From positions 448,509-512,508 of the forward strand of contig CBDEFI010000001.1 in the NCBI GenBank assembly GCA_965237375.1: DNA of 64,000 bases, read 5' to 3'. This DNA is from Acidimicrobiales bacterium. GTDB lineage: Bacteria; Actinomycetota; Acidimicrobiia; Acidimicrobiales; CATQHL01. The translations under genes were made by a program, and so were the position numbers. Positions 50,886-59,900 of this stretch are shown piece by piece (the first letter of the stretch is position 1; each line of letters opens with the position of its first letter). The notes under the pieces are model-generated. The model searched no databases. It saw nothing but the letters and a program-made list of their open reading frames with translations, and was not told where the DNA came from.

Positions 50886-52358
50886 TTACTCGGCTTCGAG
50901 GCGCAGCAGGGCTGACATGGCGGCCAACGGCCGGATGCCGCCCCAGACGGTTATCAGTCCCCTCATGTACTGTCCGGCGGCCTCCGTGGTGGCAGCCCGT
51001 GCGATGAGGTCGGTCCGCACGTCGTCGGGCAGCCCTCCCTGGTCCAGCGCGTTGTTGAAGGAACCCCACCGGTCAAGGGCGCCCATGTTGGCCAGGCTGC
51101 TCATGACGCGCACAGTTCGCTCGTCGAGCCCGCCGATCTGGCGCAGGAGCCTCAGCGTGTCCTCCTCCAGGCCACCACGATGGACGTGCAGTCTGCGCAG
51201 GGCGCCTAGACGGAACGCCGATTGCGCTGGGTCACTACCGGACAGTTCGCTGGCGGGCACGTGGACCCGGTCGTCGGCGGACAGAACCGTCGGGTCGTCG
51301 GCGGACAATTCGGCAAGAGCCTCCGTGGCGGACAGAGAGGCAAGGCGGTGCAGCGTGTCGGCGTCGAGGCGGCCCAGGAACCACAGTGCACACAGCACGT
51401 TCGCGTCGGGCGGGGCATTCGGGGTCCCGGCTCGCATGGTCAACTCGCTAACAGCGACCAGGTCGGCTTGGGACAAATCGGCCAAGTCGGTGACGGCGTA
51501 CACGCCGAACAGGTCGGGGCTGCGGTGGCTCGTCACGAACGGGTGGCGCAAGATGGCCAGCGTGTCGGCATCCAGGACACCCAGGCGATGCAGGCCGGCA
51601 AGCGTCACGGGGGCCATGGTGCCCATGGCGGCCAGGATGTCCAGGCGGGCCGTGTGGCCCCGCCCGCCCAGGAAGCCCAGCGTGATCAGGTCGACGGCGG
51701 TCAGCGTGGCCAGACGGTCCAGGGTGGCCAGGTCGGCGCCGGTCAGGGCGCCCAGGCGCCGCAGGGACTCTGCGGGGGACGAGCCGAACCTGCCCAGGCC
51801 GGCGGCGGGCAGGACACCCAGGCGCCGCAAGGTGTCTCGTTTGTCGCCGGGCAGGCCGGCCAGCGTCTCGGCGACGCGGGCGCTCAGCTCGTAACCCAGT
51901 TTTGCCCAGCCGCCATCGCGCCCGGCGACCCGCTCGGCCTCCCGGGAAGCCAGCTCAGCGGTCAGGCCGGCCATGTCGATGGCCGTGTCGGCGGACAGGG
52001 CGGTCAGCGCGGCCGGCACGTTGGCGGGCAGGTCGGCCAACTCCGCTGCGGCGCAGTCAGCGAGGGCGGCCAGTTTGTCGGCGGGCAGGTCGGCCAGCGC
52101 CTCGGCCACGTTCGGGTCGGTCAGGACATCGGCGGGCGGGTGGGCCAGGGTGGCGAGATCACCCAAGCGGCCCAGGCTGCCCAGGCGGTCCAGGGCATCC
52201 CGCGTGTCGGCGGCGAACCGGCGCACGTCGGCCCGCAGTCCGGCGGGCAGCATGGCATCCTCCGCGCCCACGTCCGGGCAGCCCGGCACGTCGGCGGGAA
52301 GGACGACCAAGCGCTCCAGAACATCCTCTCCGGGGCGGGGTGGTCGGTAGGCGGTCAC
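50886..52358 (-). CDS. hypothetical protein with degenerate Leu-rich repeats (RLGxL..(A)DLxxL type)
   Basis: GC3-rich ORF. I start it at GTG 52358, just downstream of the AT-rich promoter-like tract. The track ORF (to 53267) would run antisense through the exonuclease gene. Recurrent ..SLRRLGALTGADLATLDRLATLTAVDLITLGFL.., ..LHRLGVLDADTLAILRH.., ..FLGRLDADTLHRLASL... No family recognised. Confidence 0.5.
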   Translation of the reverse strand: MTAYRPPRPGEDVLERLVVLPADVPGCPDVGAEDAMLPAGLRADVRRFAADTRDALDRLGSLGRLGDLATLAHPPADVLTDPNVAEALADLPADKLAALADCAAAELADLPANVPAALTALSADTAIDMAGLTAELASREAERVAGRDGGWAKLGYELSARVAETLAGLPGDKRDTLRRLGVLPAAGLGRFGSSPAESLRRLGALTGADLATLDRLATLTAVDLITLGFLGGRGHTARLDILAAMGTMAPVTLAGLHRLGVLDADTLAILRHPFVTSHRSPDLFGVYAVTDLADLSQADLVAVSELTMRAGTPNAPPDANVLCALWFLGRLDADTLHRLASLSATEALAELSADDPTVLSADDRVHVPASELSGSDPAQSAFRLGALRRLHVHRGGLEEDTLRLLRQIGGLDERTVRVMSSLANMGALDRWGSFNNALDQGGLPDDVRTDLIARAATTEAAGQYMRGLITVWGGIRPLAAMSALLRLEAE

Positions 52359-52391
52359 GCCCAGGACTGTATCGGCTCGCCAGAACAATAT

Positions 52392-52439
52392 ATCCCAATA
52401 TATTACAAGTATGTAGAGCACGTTTAGATGATTGTGCTC
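52392..52439. promoter_or_regulatory. AT-rich divergent promoter-like tract with two inverted repeats
   Basis: Contains AATATAT-CCCA-ATATATT and GAGCAC(52416-52421)-N12-GTGCTC(52434-52439). Lies between the repeat-protein gene (-) and the exonuclease gene (+). Confidence 0.35.
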
Positions 52440-52682
52440 CGACCATCCGCTCCGGTGCCGCGGCAACGAGCGCCCGACGTCGGTGAGCCATCGGTTGGGA
52501 TTCCTCCCCCAGCATCCGGACACCACAATCAGGCCTCGACCGACAGGTTTGCAATTCAAATTATCAGGTCGTAGTTTGCTGCCGTACCCGGCGCCTCGAC
52601 ACCGGCCCCGGCGGGGACCGACGCCACCGCGGACAAGCATCAACCAGCGATACGACAAGCGATCGATCGGAAGGGAGAGGCC

Positions 52683-53285
52683 ATGCCCCAACATGGCGCC
52701 AGGCCACTTCGAGTCGTTATTGACTGCGAAACAACCGGGTTCAGTAGAAGCGACCGAATCATCGAGATTGCTATGACCACTCTTGACCGCGACGGTAGGA
52801 CCGTCGAAGAATTCGACACGCTCGTCGACCCACAACGTGACACCGGACCAGTCCATATCCACGGCGTGACTACGTACATGGTCGAGACCGCCCCGACGTT
52901 CGCCGAGATTGCGAGTGCTGTCGCCGGCCGGGTCCATGGAGCGGTACTCGTCGCCCACAACCTTGCCTTCGACACCAGGATGCTCACCCAGGAGTTCAAC
53001 AGGGTCAGTATCAACTTCCACCCCGGCAACGGGATCTGCACGCAGAAACTCACACGACAGAAGCTCAAAGTGGCCTGCCACGCGCTTGGAATCGAATACA
53101 TCGATCAACATGCGGCGCTTGCCGACGCCCGTGCCACCGCTGAGGTGCTCCAACACGTCGCCCCCCACTGGAGCGGCACCCCAGCCAAGGCCGGACCCTT
53201 CGACACCGAAGCCGGCCACCCACCGACGCTGAGCCGGCACACGGTGCAGAAGCGGCGCACCGTCCATTCCGAAAGAACGTGGTGA
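52683..53285 (+). CDS. stand-alone DEDDh 3'-5' exonuclease (DnaQ/epsilon-like)
   Basis: Exo I VVIDCETTGF, Exo II LVAHNLAFD, Exo III HAALADARATAEVL. SD GGAAGGGAGAGG precedes the ATG. Confidence 0.8.
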   Translation: MPQHGARPLRVVIDCETTGFSRSDRIIEIAMTTLDRDGRTVEEFDTLVDPQRDTGPVHIHGVTTYMVETAPTFAEIASAVAGRVHGAVLVAHNLAFDTRMLTQEFNRVSINFHPGNGICTQKLTRQKLKVACHALGIEYIDQHAALADARATAEVLQHVAPHWSGTPAKAGPFDTEAGHPPTLSRHTVQKRRTVHSERTW

Positions 53286-53312
53286 GACGACCAGGAGAAA
53301 CCGAGTTCGATG

Positions 53313-53337
53313 CCCGCCGCACGCGCGTGCGCTCGGG
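53313..53337. terminator. GC-rich imperfect hairpin between convergent genes (possible bidirectional terminator)
   Basis: CCCGCCGCACGC/GCGTGCGCTCGGG is centred on the palindrome GCACGCGCGTGC. There is no U-tract, so this is weak. Confidence 0.3.
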
Positions 53338-53349
53338 GGTCGGTCGCGG

Positions 53350-55020
53350 CTAGGAGCCCGGCACCACCACGGGGACGATCATGGGTCGGCGCTGGGAGCG
53401 GCTCGCCACCAGGGAACCCGCCGTGCGGCGCACCACCCGGCGCACCTCGGCCGGCTCGGGAGCCGATTCGGTTCGCAGGAACTCCCCGACCGCCTCGGCA
53501 AGCGCCTCCTCTATCTCGGCCTCCAGAGGGTCGGCGTCGGATTCGTCCAGCCAGCCCCGGCTGGTGACCCGCGGCTCGCCCACCACGACACCGGAATCGA
53601 AGTCCACCACCACGACGGCAACCACTGCCCCTCGGTCGCCGAGGATGAGCCGCTCGCCGAGCACCCCCCGGTCCGGCCCGGTGAACGGCCCGTGGACCAA
53701 GATGTGGTCGCCGGCACTTACGCCGGCGACGACCTGCAGGCCGTCGTCGGTGAGCACGACCTGATCGCCGTCACGGGCCAGCAGCACCCGGTCATCGGGC
53801 ATGCCCAGCCGCCGCGCAAGGGCGGCGTGCGCCCGCAGGTGGCGCAGTTCACCGTGCACCGGCACGAACCACTCGGGTGAGGCCGCCTGGTGCAGCGCCG
53901 CCAGCTCGTCCTGGCGCCCGTGACCCGAGGTGTGGATCTCGATCTCGCCGGAGTGCACCACCTTGGCGCCCCGCTCGATCAGGTCGTTGATCATGCGGCT
54001 GACGCGGGCCTCGTTGCCGGGGATGGGGTTGGAACTCAGCACGACGGTGTCGTCGGAGCCGATGTCGATCCAGCGGCTGTCGCCGGCGGCGGCGGTCGCC
54101 AGCGACGAACGCTCCTCGGCCTGCGACCCCGTAGAGATGACACACAACTCCCCCGGTTCCATACCGGCGGCGTCGGCGATGTCCACGACGGCGCCGTCGG
54201 GCAGCTTCAGCAGGCCCAACTCCCGGCCCAGGGCCACGTTCTTCTTCATCGACAACCCGAGCGTGGCCACCTTGCGCCCGCACGCCAGCGCCGCGGCGAC
54301 GATCTGCTGCACCCGGTGCAGGTGGCTGGCGAAGCACGCCGTCACGATGCGCCGCCCCGCGTGCGCAGCGAACACGTTGGCCAGCACGGGGCCGATCTCG
54401 CTCTCGGAGCGGGAACTGCCCGGCTGCTCGGAGTTGGTGGAGTCGGCCAGCAGCAGCCTGATGCCCGGATCCTGGGAGATCGCACCGATGCGGGCCAAGT
54501 CGGTGCGGCGGCCGTCCACCGGGAAGAAGTCCAGCTTGAAGTCGCAGGAGTGCAGCAGCACCCCCTGCGGCGTGCCGATGGCGGTGATGACGCCGCCGGG
54601 CACAGAGTGCGTCACGGGGACGAACTCGCAGTCGAAGGGGCCGATGCGCACCCGTTCGCCGTCGCCCACGGGGATCAGCCGGGCGCGGTCGGCGTAGCCG
54701 GACTCGGTGATCCGGCGGCGGGCAATCCCGAGCGTGAACGGCGTGCCGTAGATGTCGCACCGCACCTCGGTGAGCAGATGGCCGAGCGCCCCGACGTGGT
54801 CCTCGTGGCCGTGCGTGGTGATGCACCCCACGACCTTGTCGGCCCGCTCGAAGACGTAGGAGAGGTCGGGCAGGACAGAATCCGCGCCGGGACGGATGTC
54901 GTCGGCGAACATCTGCCCGCAGTCCAGCAGGAGCAGCGCATCGCCGGTTTCGATGGCTGCGCAGTTACGTCCGATGTCGCCGAGGCCGCCGAGGAAGGTG
55001 ACCCGGACGTCGTCAGCCAA
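53350..55020 (-). CDS. rnj: ribonuclease J
   Basis: VRVTFLGGLGDIGRNCAAIE..LLLDCG, TTHGHEDHVGAL (MBL + beta-CASP). TTG 55020 overlaps the dapA stop. The dapA-rnj order matches that in mycobacteria. The track ORF extends to 55257 inside dapA. Confidence 0.85.
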   Translation of the reverse strand: MADDVRVTFLGGLGDIGRNCAAIETGDALLLLDCGQMFADDIRPGADSVLPDLSYVFERADKVVGCITTHGHEDHVGALGHLLTEVRCDIYGTPFTLGIARRRITESGYADRARLIPVGDGERVRIGPFDCEFVPVTHSVPGGVITAIGTPQGVLLHSCDFKLDFFPVDGRRTDLARIGAISQDPGIRLLLADSTNSEQPGSSRSESEIGPVLANVFAAHAGRRIVTACFASHLHRVQQIVAAALACGRKVATLGLSMKKNVALGRELGLLKLPDGAVVDIADAAGMEPGELCVISTGSQAEERSSLATAAAGDSRWIDIGSDDTVVLSSNPIPGNEARVSRMINDLIERGAKVVHSGEIEIHTSGHGRQDELAALHQAASPEWFVPVHGELRHLRAHAALARRLGMPDDRVLLARDGDQVVLTDDGLQVVAGVSAGDHILVHGPFTGPDRGVLGERLILGDRGAVVAVVVVDFDSGVVVGEPRVTSRGWLDESDADPLEAEIEEALAEAVGEFLRTESAPEPAEVRRVVRRTAGSLVASRSQRRPMIVPVVVPGS

Positions 55021-55936
55021 AACCGAGTTCCCGACCCAGCCGGGTAGTGGCCAGCACGGCTCGAGCGTCGTCCGCGAGGTCCTCCGGCACGGCGTCCATG
55101 GGCGGGCGGCACGGTCCGGCCGGGCGGCCCAGCAACCGCAGGAGCGCCTTGGTGGGGATGGGGTTGGGGGCCTCCAGCCCGCTCTCATAGTCGAACGACG
55201 GCCCCAACGCGGCGTTGAGCGCCCGGGCGGCGGCGATGTCGCCCCGCTGCCAGGCATCGAAGAGGGCCACGTGCTCGGCGGCCGTCCAGTGGGTGGCCAC
55301 GCCGATCACACCCACCGCCCCGACCGCCAGCAGCGGCAGGGTCAGCCCGTCGTCGCCGCTGTAGACCTCGAAGCCGTCGGGCGCTTCGGCGATGAGCCGA
55401 CCCGTCTCGGCAGGATCGCCGGCGGCGTCCTTGATGCCGGCGATGTTGTCGACGGCGTGCGCCAGCGCCAGCAGCGTGGCGGTGTCCACCTTGCGGCCGG
55501 TGCGCACCGGAATGTCGTAGATGACCACCGGCAGGTGGGTGGCGGCGGCGACGGCCCGGAAGTGGCCCACGAGGCCGGCCTGCGGGGGACGGTTGTAGTA
55601 GGGGGTGACGGACAGGATGCCGTGCGCGCCGACGGCGGTGGCCTTCTCGGTGAGTTCCACGGCGGCGGCGGTGTCGTTGCTGCCCGCCCCGGCCAGGACC
55701 GGCACATCGACGGCGGCCACGACAGCGGCAATGAGGTCGATCTGCTCGGCGTGGCTGAGCGTGGGGGACTCGCCCGTGGTACCCGCCACGACGAGGCCCT
55801 CGTTGCCACAGTCCACCAGCCAGCGAGCCAGATCGGCGGCACCGGCGAGGTCGAGCGCACCGTCGTCGGTGAACGGTGTCACCATGGCGGTGACCACGCG
55901 ACCGAAGCGGGGCCTCGCGGCGCCGGCAGTTGACAT
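55013..55936 (-). CDS. dapA: 4-hydroxy-tetrahydrodipicolinate synthase
   Basis: FGRVVTAMVTPFTDDGALDL..GLVVAGTTGESPTLS..VLAGAGSNDT..ILSVTPYYN are DapA signatures. ATG 55936 chosen. Confidence 0.9.
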   Translation of the reverse strand: MSTAGAARPRFGRVVTAMVTPFTDDGALDLAGAADLARWLVDCGNEGLVVAGTTGESPTLSHAEQIDLIAAVVAAVDVPVLAGAGSNDTAAAVELTEKATAVGAHGILSVTPYYNRPPQAGLVGHFRAVAAATHLPVVIYDIPVRTGRKVDTATLLALAHAVDNIAGIKDAAGDPAETGRLIAEAPDGFEVYSGDDGLTLPLLAVGAVGVIGVATHWTAAEHVALFDAWQRGDIAAARALNAALGPSFDYESGLEAPNPIPTKALLRLLGRPAGPCRPPMDAVPEDLADDARAVLATTRLGRELGFG

Positions 55937-56089
55937 GACGGCGAGGCTACCGCTCCGGGCCGCCACCGTGTCCCATCCCGCGTGCTCGGCAACACCGCAG
56001 GATCGTCCGGGTGCGCATGTCGCCCCGACGGGAGCCCGGATTCAAGGTCCGACGGCCTCAGCGGCCTTGGACTTGCCGTCCACCGGCGT

Positions 56090-56875
56090 TCAGCAGGACT
56101 CGTCGGCGGGATCCTCGTCATCGGGTGGGGCGCTGTCGGGGCGGCGAGCGACGTGCCGCAGGACCAGCGGGTAGCCGGCGACGGCGATGATCGAGAAGAT
56201 GAACCACTGCACGGCGTAGCCCAGGTGCGGGCCGTCGCCGCGGGCGGGCAGTGCCAGCATCAGCGGGTAGTCGCCAGGGGGTGGATCCTGGCTGTTGAGT
56301 TGCAGGTAGAACGGGTGCACCGGATAGTCCAGTTGGGCGGCATACCGTCCGATGTCGGGGCGAGCCAGGCTGCCGAGGCGCCCGTCGGCGGGGTCGGCCA
56401 CCCCAAGGCCACTCCGCTGCTCGCTGAGGCGCACGGCGCCCCGCACCACCACCTCGCCGACGGGAGCCGGAGCGGGCGCCCGCGAGGCCGGATCGCTGGC
56501 GCCCTGCGGCACCCAGCCCCGGTTGACGACGAGAGCCGGACCGTCAGCCGGCACCAGCGGCGTGAGCAGCCACACGCCGGGGCGACCGTTGAGAGACCTC
56601 CCCCGCACCGCCACCTCGTCGTCGCTGCGGTAGCGGCCCGTCACCTCGACCAACCGGTACTCGGCAATGTCGACGCTGCCCGCTGAGGCGATCTCGTCGG
56701 CAAGTGAGCCCACCGGCACCACCGCAGCGGCGGTGCGATCGTCCTGCAGGGCGTTGAGATCACGCCGCTCCTCCAGCCGCCGCAACTGCCAGAACCCCAG
56801 GTTGATCAACACCACCACCAGCGCCACCACCAGCACGTGCGACACCACCCACCAGGGTCGCAGGAACCGCCGCAT
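56090..56875 (-). CDS. SURF1-family (cytochrome oxidase assembly) membrane protein
   Basis: MRRFLRPWWVVSHVLVVALVVVLINLGFWQLRRLEER.. plus a C-terminal TM segment with YAVQWFIFS. Confidence 0.75.
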   Translation of the reverse strand: MRRFLRPWWVVSHVLVVALVVVLINLGFWQLRRLEERRDLNALQDDRTAAAVVPVGSLADEIASAGSVDIAEYRLVEVTGRYRSDDEVAVRGRSLNGRPGVWLLTPLVPADGPALVVNRGWVPQGASDPASRAPAPAPVGEVVVRGAVRLSEQRSGLGVADPADGRLGSLARPDIGRYAAQLDYPVHPFYLQLNSQDPPPGDYPLMLALPARGDGPHLGYAVQWFIFSIIAVAGYPLVLRHVARRPDSAPPDDEDPADESC

Positions 56876-56987
56876 GACCGCCAGTATGCCCGGCCACCCC
56901 ACCGGAGCCCGATCTGCTGCGCAGCAGGTTCCTCGCTAACCTGCCTGCTCGACTCAATGCCCCTTCCTGTCAGGAGCATCTTCCCCC

Positions 56988-59900
56988 ATGTCCTCTGCCC
57001 GCAGCCCGGATCCGTCCCCACAAACCGCCGGCGACGATAGTGCGCCACCGATTCCGGCCTTCGTCGTCATTGACATCGAGACCTCCGGGCTGGACTTCGA
57101 CGCCGACAACTTCCGGATATTGGAAGTGGCAGCGTGTCGGGTGGAGCCGGGACAGCCCGTGAGCACGTTCCAGACACTTGTCCGTGAGGACGCCCAACTG
57201 CTGACGGAGCGTCTCCCCGGAGTGACCGACGACGAAGTCCGATCCGCGGTCGGGGAGGCGGAGGCCCTAGCCATACTGGCCTCGTTCTGCGGCCTTCTGC
57301 CGGTAGTGGCGCACAACGGCACGGGGTACGACTTTCCGATCCTCGGCGCCGCCCTCAAGCGCCACAGCGCTCCCCCGATCGTGGGACAGCAACTCGACAG
57401 TCTGGAGTTGGCACTGCTGGTAGCTCCCCGCTCGGGAAGGCGTGTTCCACCGAACATCGACGGTGCCAAGCCACCGGAGAGCCTCTCTTTGGACAGTCTG
57501 TGCGGCTGGCTGGCAGTGGCACCGCCAGAACCTCGCCACCGCGCTCTGCCCGACGCCGCGGCCACCGCAAGAGTCGTAGTGAAGATGCTGGCGCTTCTGA
57601 ACCAAGATCGGCCTGAGCACAACGCCCAGCGCTTCCTGCTGCACCGCGGCCATCACCCCTGGGCGGCCTTCCTGACAGCATCCGACCGACTGTCCCCGCT
57701 GGAAGAACTGGTGCCAGCGCCGCCCGATGGCGCGTCACCGACCAGCGCTCCTACCTCCTTCTCGGTGGATGCAGCGGTGTCACCGCTGTCGCCCGGTGGA
57801 ATGCTCGTGCGCGCACCGGACCGGAGCCACCGACCCCAGCAGGAGCAGATGGCGCGGTACGTGGCCGGGGCACTCGCCGGAGGACGCACGGCGCTCATCG
57901 AGGCTCCGACGGGGACCGGCAAGACCCTCGGCTACCTGGTTCCCGCAGTGGCCTTCGCTCGCTGCAACCCAGAGGCCAGAGTAGGCGTCAGCATGCACAC
58001 CAAGATCCTGCAGGACCAGGTCATGGTCACCCTCATGGAGTTGAAGGACACGCTCGGACCGTTGAGGTGGACGGTGCTGAAAGGGGCCAGCAACTATCTG
58101 TCACTACCCGACCTAGCCGACGAGATGGACGATCCCCCGTCAACGCCAGAGGGATCGTGGGCTTTGGCCGCCGTCGTGGGGTGGGCGGCACAGACGCCGA
58201 CGGGTGAGTGGGACGACCTGCAAGATTGGCTGCTTCGAGAGCGGTCCGCGGGCTTCCCGGCTCTGCGCTGGCGTATCTCCTGCGAAGGAACCCGCGCGGC
58301 TCCGACAGCGCTGGATCAGAAGTGCTTCCACCACCGAGCCGTCATGGCTTTGAACAGCGCCGATATTGCAGTGCTGAATCACGCCGTGCTGTTGAGTCGG
58401 GCGAGCGTCGCAAACGAACTCACGCACCTCGTCTGCGACGAGGCGCACAATCTGGAAGAGAGCGCCACGAGCGCGCTCACCGAAGAAGTGTCCGAAGCCT
58501 CGCTGGAACGACTCCTCGACGTTATCGGGGCCACCCCTAGAAGGGGACTATTGCGGCGCTACCGGGACTACCACCGTCGCGCTGATGATAGCGACTTAGC
58601 AGCGATCGCCGAAAGCGTACACCTCGTCACGGACTGTACCGAGGCCTGCCGCCTGCACACGGGCAGTTTCGGCAGCTTGCTGGTGGAGTATGCCCGCAGC
58701 CGGGCCGAGACACGCACCGGCCAACTTGAGCGGTATGGCGTGCAGTATCGGCTGCGACCCGGCTTCGACACCGGTCGTGGCGACTACCGGCCCGTGCGCC
58801 GCGCAGCCGAATCGCTAGCAGGTTCTCTGGAGGCCATCGCCAACAATCTGGACAGACTCCACCTACCGACGGACTGCAACCCCACCGGCCGTCGTAGGCG
58901 CCTCAACCTTGAAGCCCAGATCGTCCGAGCCAGCAGGGAGGCCCGTCGAGCGGCGACCTGCTTGCGGTCCGGCGTCGGTACGCACGACGACGACCGGTGG
59001 ATCAGCGTGGCCGCGCTGGAGATGCGCGACGACGCGATCAGCTGGGCACTGCGTCGCCTGCCAATCGACGTCTCAGAGAAGCTGCAGACGCTCTGGGGAA
59101 ACATGCGGGCAGTCGTCTGTACGTCCGCCACACTGCGCGTCGCTGGGACATTCACCCACATGATCGAACGCCTCGGGCTCACCGCCGAGTTGACCGAGAA
59201 GCTCGACTCTCCGTTCGCGGACCTCGCCCGGAACCAACTCGTCGTGCTGCTCGGACACCTACCCCTACCGCGGGGCATGCTGCTGGAGGAGTTCGGCGAG
59301 GCCACAACCGGAGAGTTGGCCCGCTTGTTCACCCTTTCCTCCGGTGGCGCGATGGCCCTGTTCACCGCTCGCGACCGGATGCTGCGCTCCCGCGACCATC
59401 TGAAACCGCTGCTGGCGAAGAACGACATGGAATTGTTGTGCCAGGGTGACCAGGCCGCAACGAAGCTCGTGGAACGCATGCGCACCGACGAGGGATCCTG
59501 CCTGCTGGGCACCCGGTCCTTTTGGGAGGGCGTGGACATCCCGGGTGATGCGCTGCGACTGCTCGCCATCGAGAAGCTGCCCTTTCCCAACTTCTCCGAT
59601 CCTCTGGTGGCGGCTCGCACGGAAGAACTCCAGCGGCGCGGCAAGGATCCCTTCCAGCACTATGTGGTCCCCCAAGCGGTGCTCGCTTTCGCGCAGGGCG
59701 CCGGGAGGCTCATCCGGACCGAAGACGACCGAGGTGCCCTCGTCCTTCTCGACAAGCGTCTGCGCATGCCCCTGTCGTACAGCAGCGCGTTTCTGGACGC
59801 ACTCCCCGACGGGACCGAACCGCGGCGGCCTAACACCGCTGAGGAGGCCTACGAAGCGATCGCCGAGCACTTGGGATTGGCGTGGGGCAGCGGGATCGCC

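Noticed and set aside
52359-53267. N-terminal 303 codons of the 793-aa minus-strand ORF
   Set aside because: They are antisense to the well-supported DEDDh exonuclease gene and cross an AT-rich promoter-like tract. Coding signal on the minus strand is convincing only downstream of 52358.
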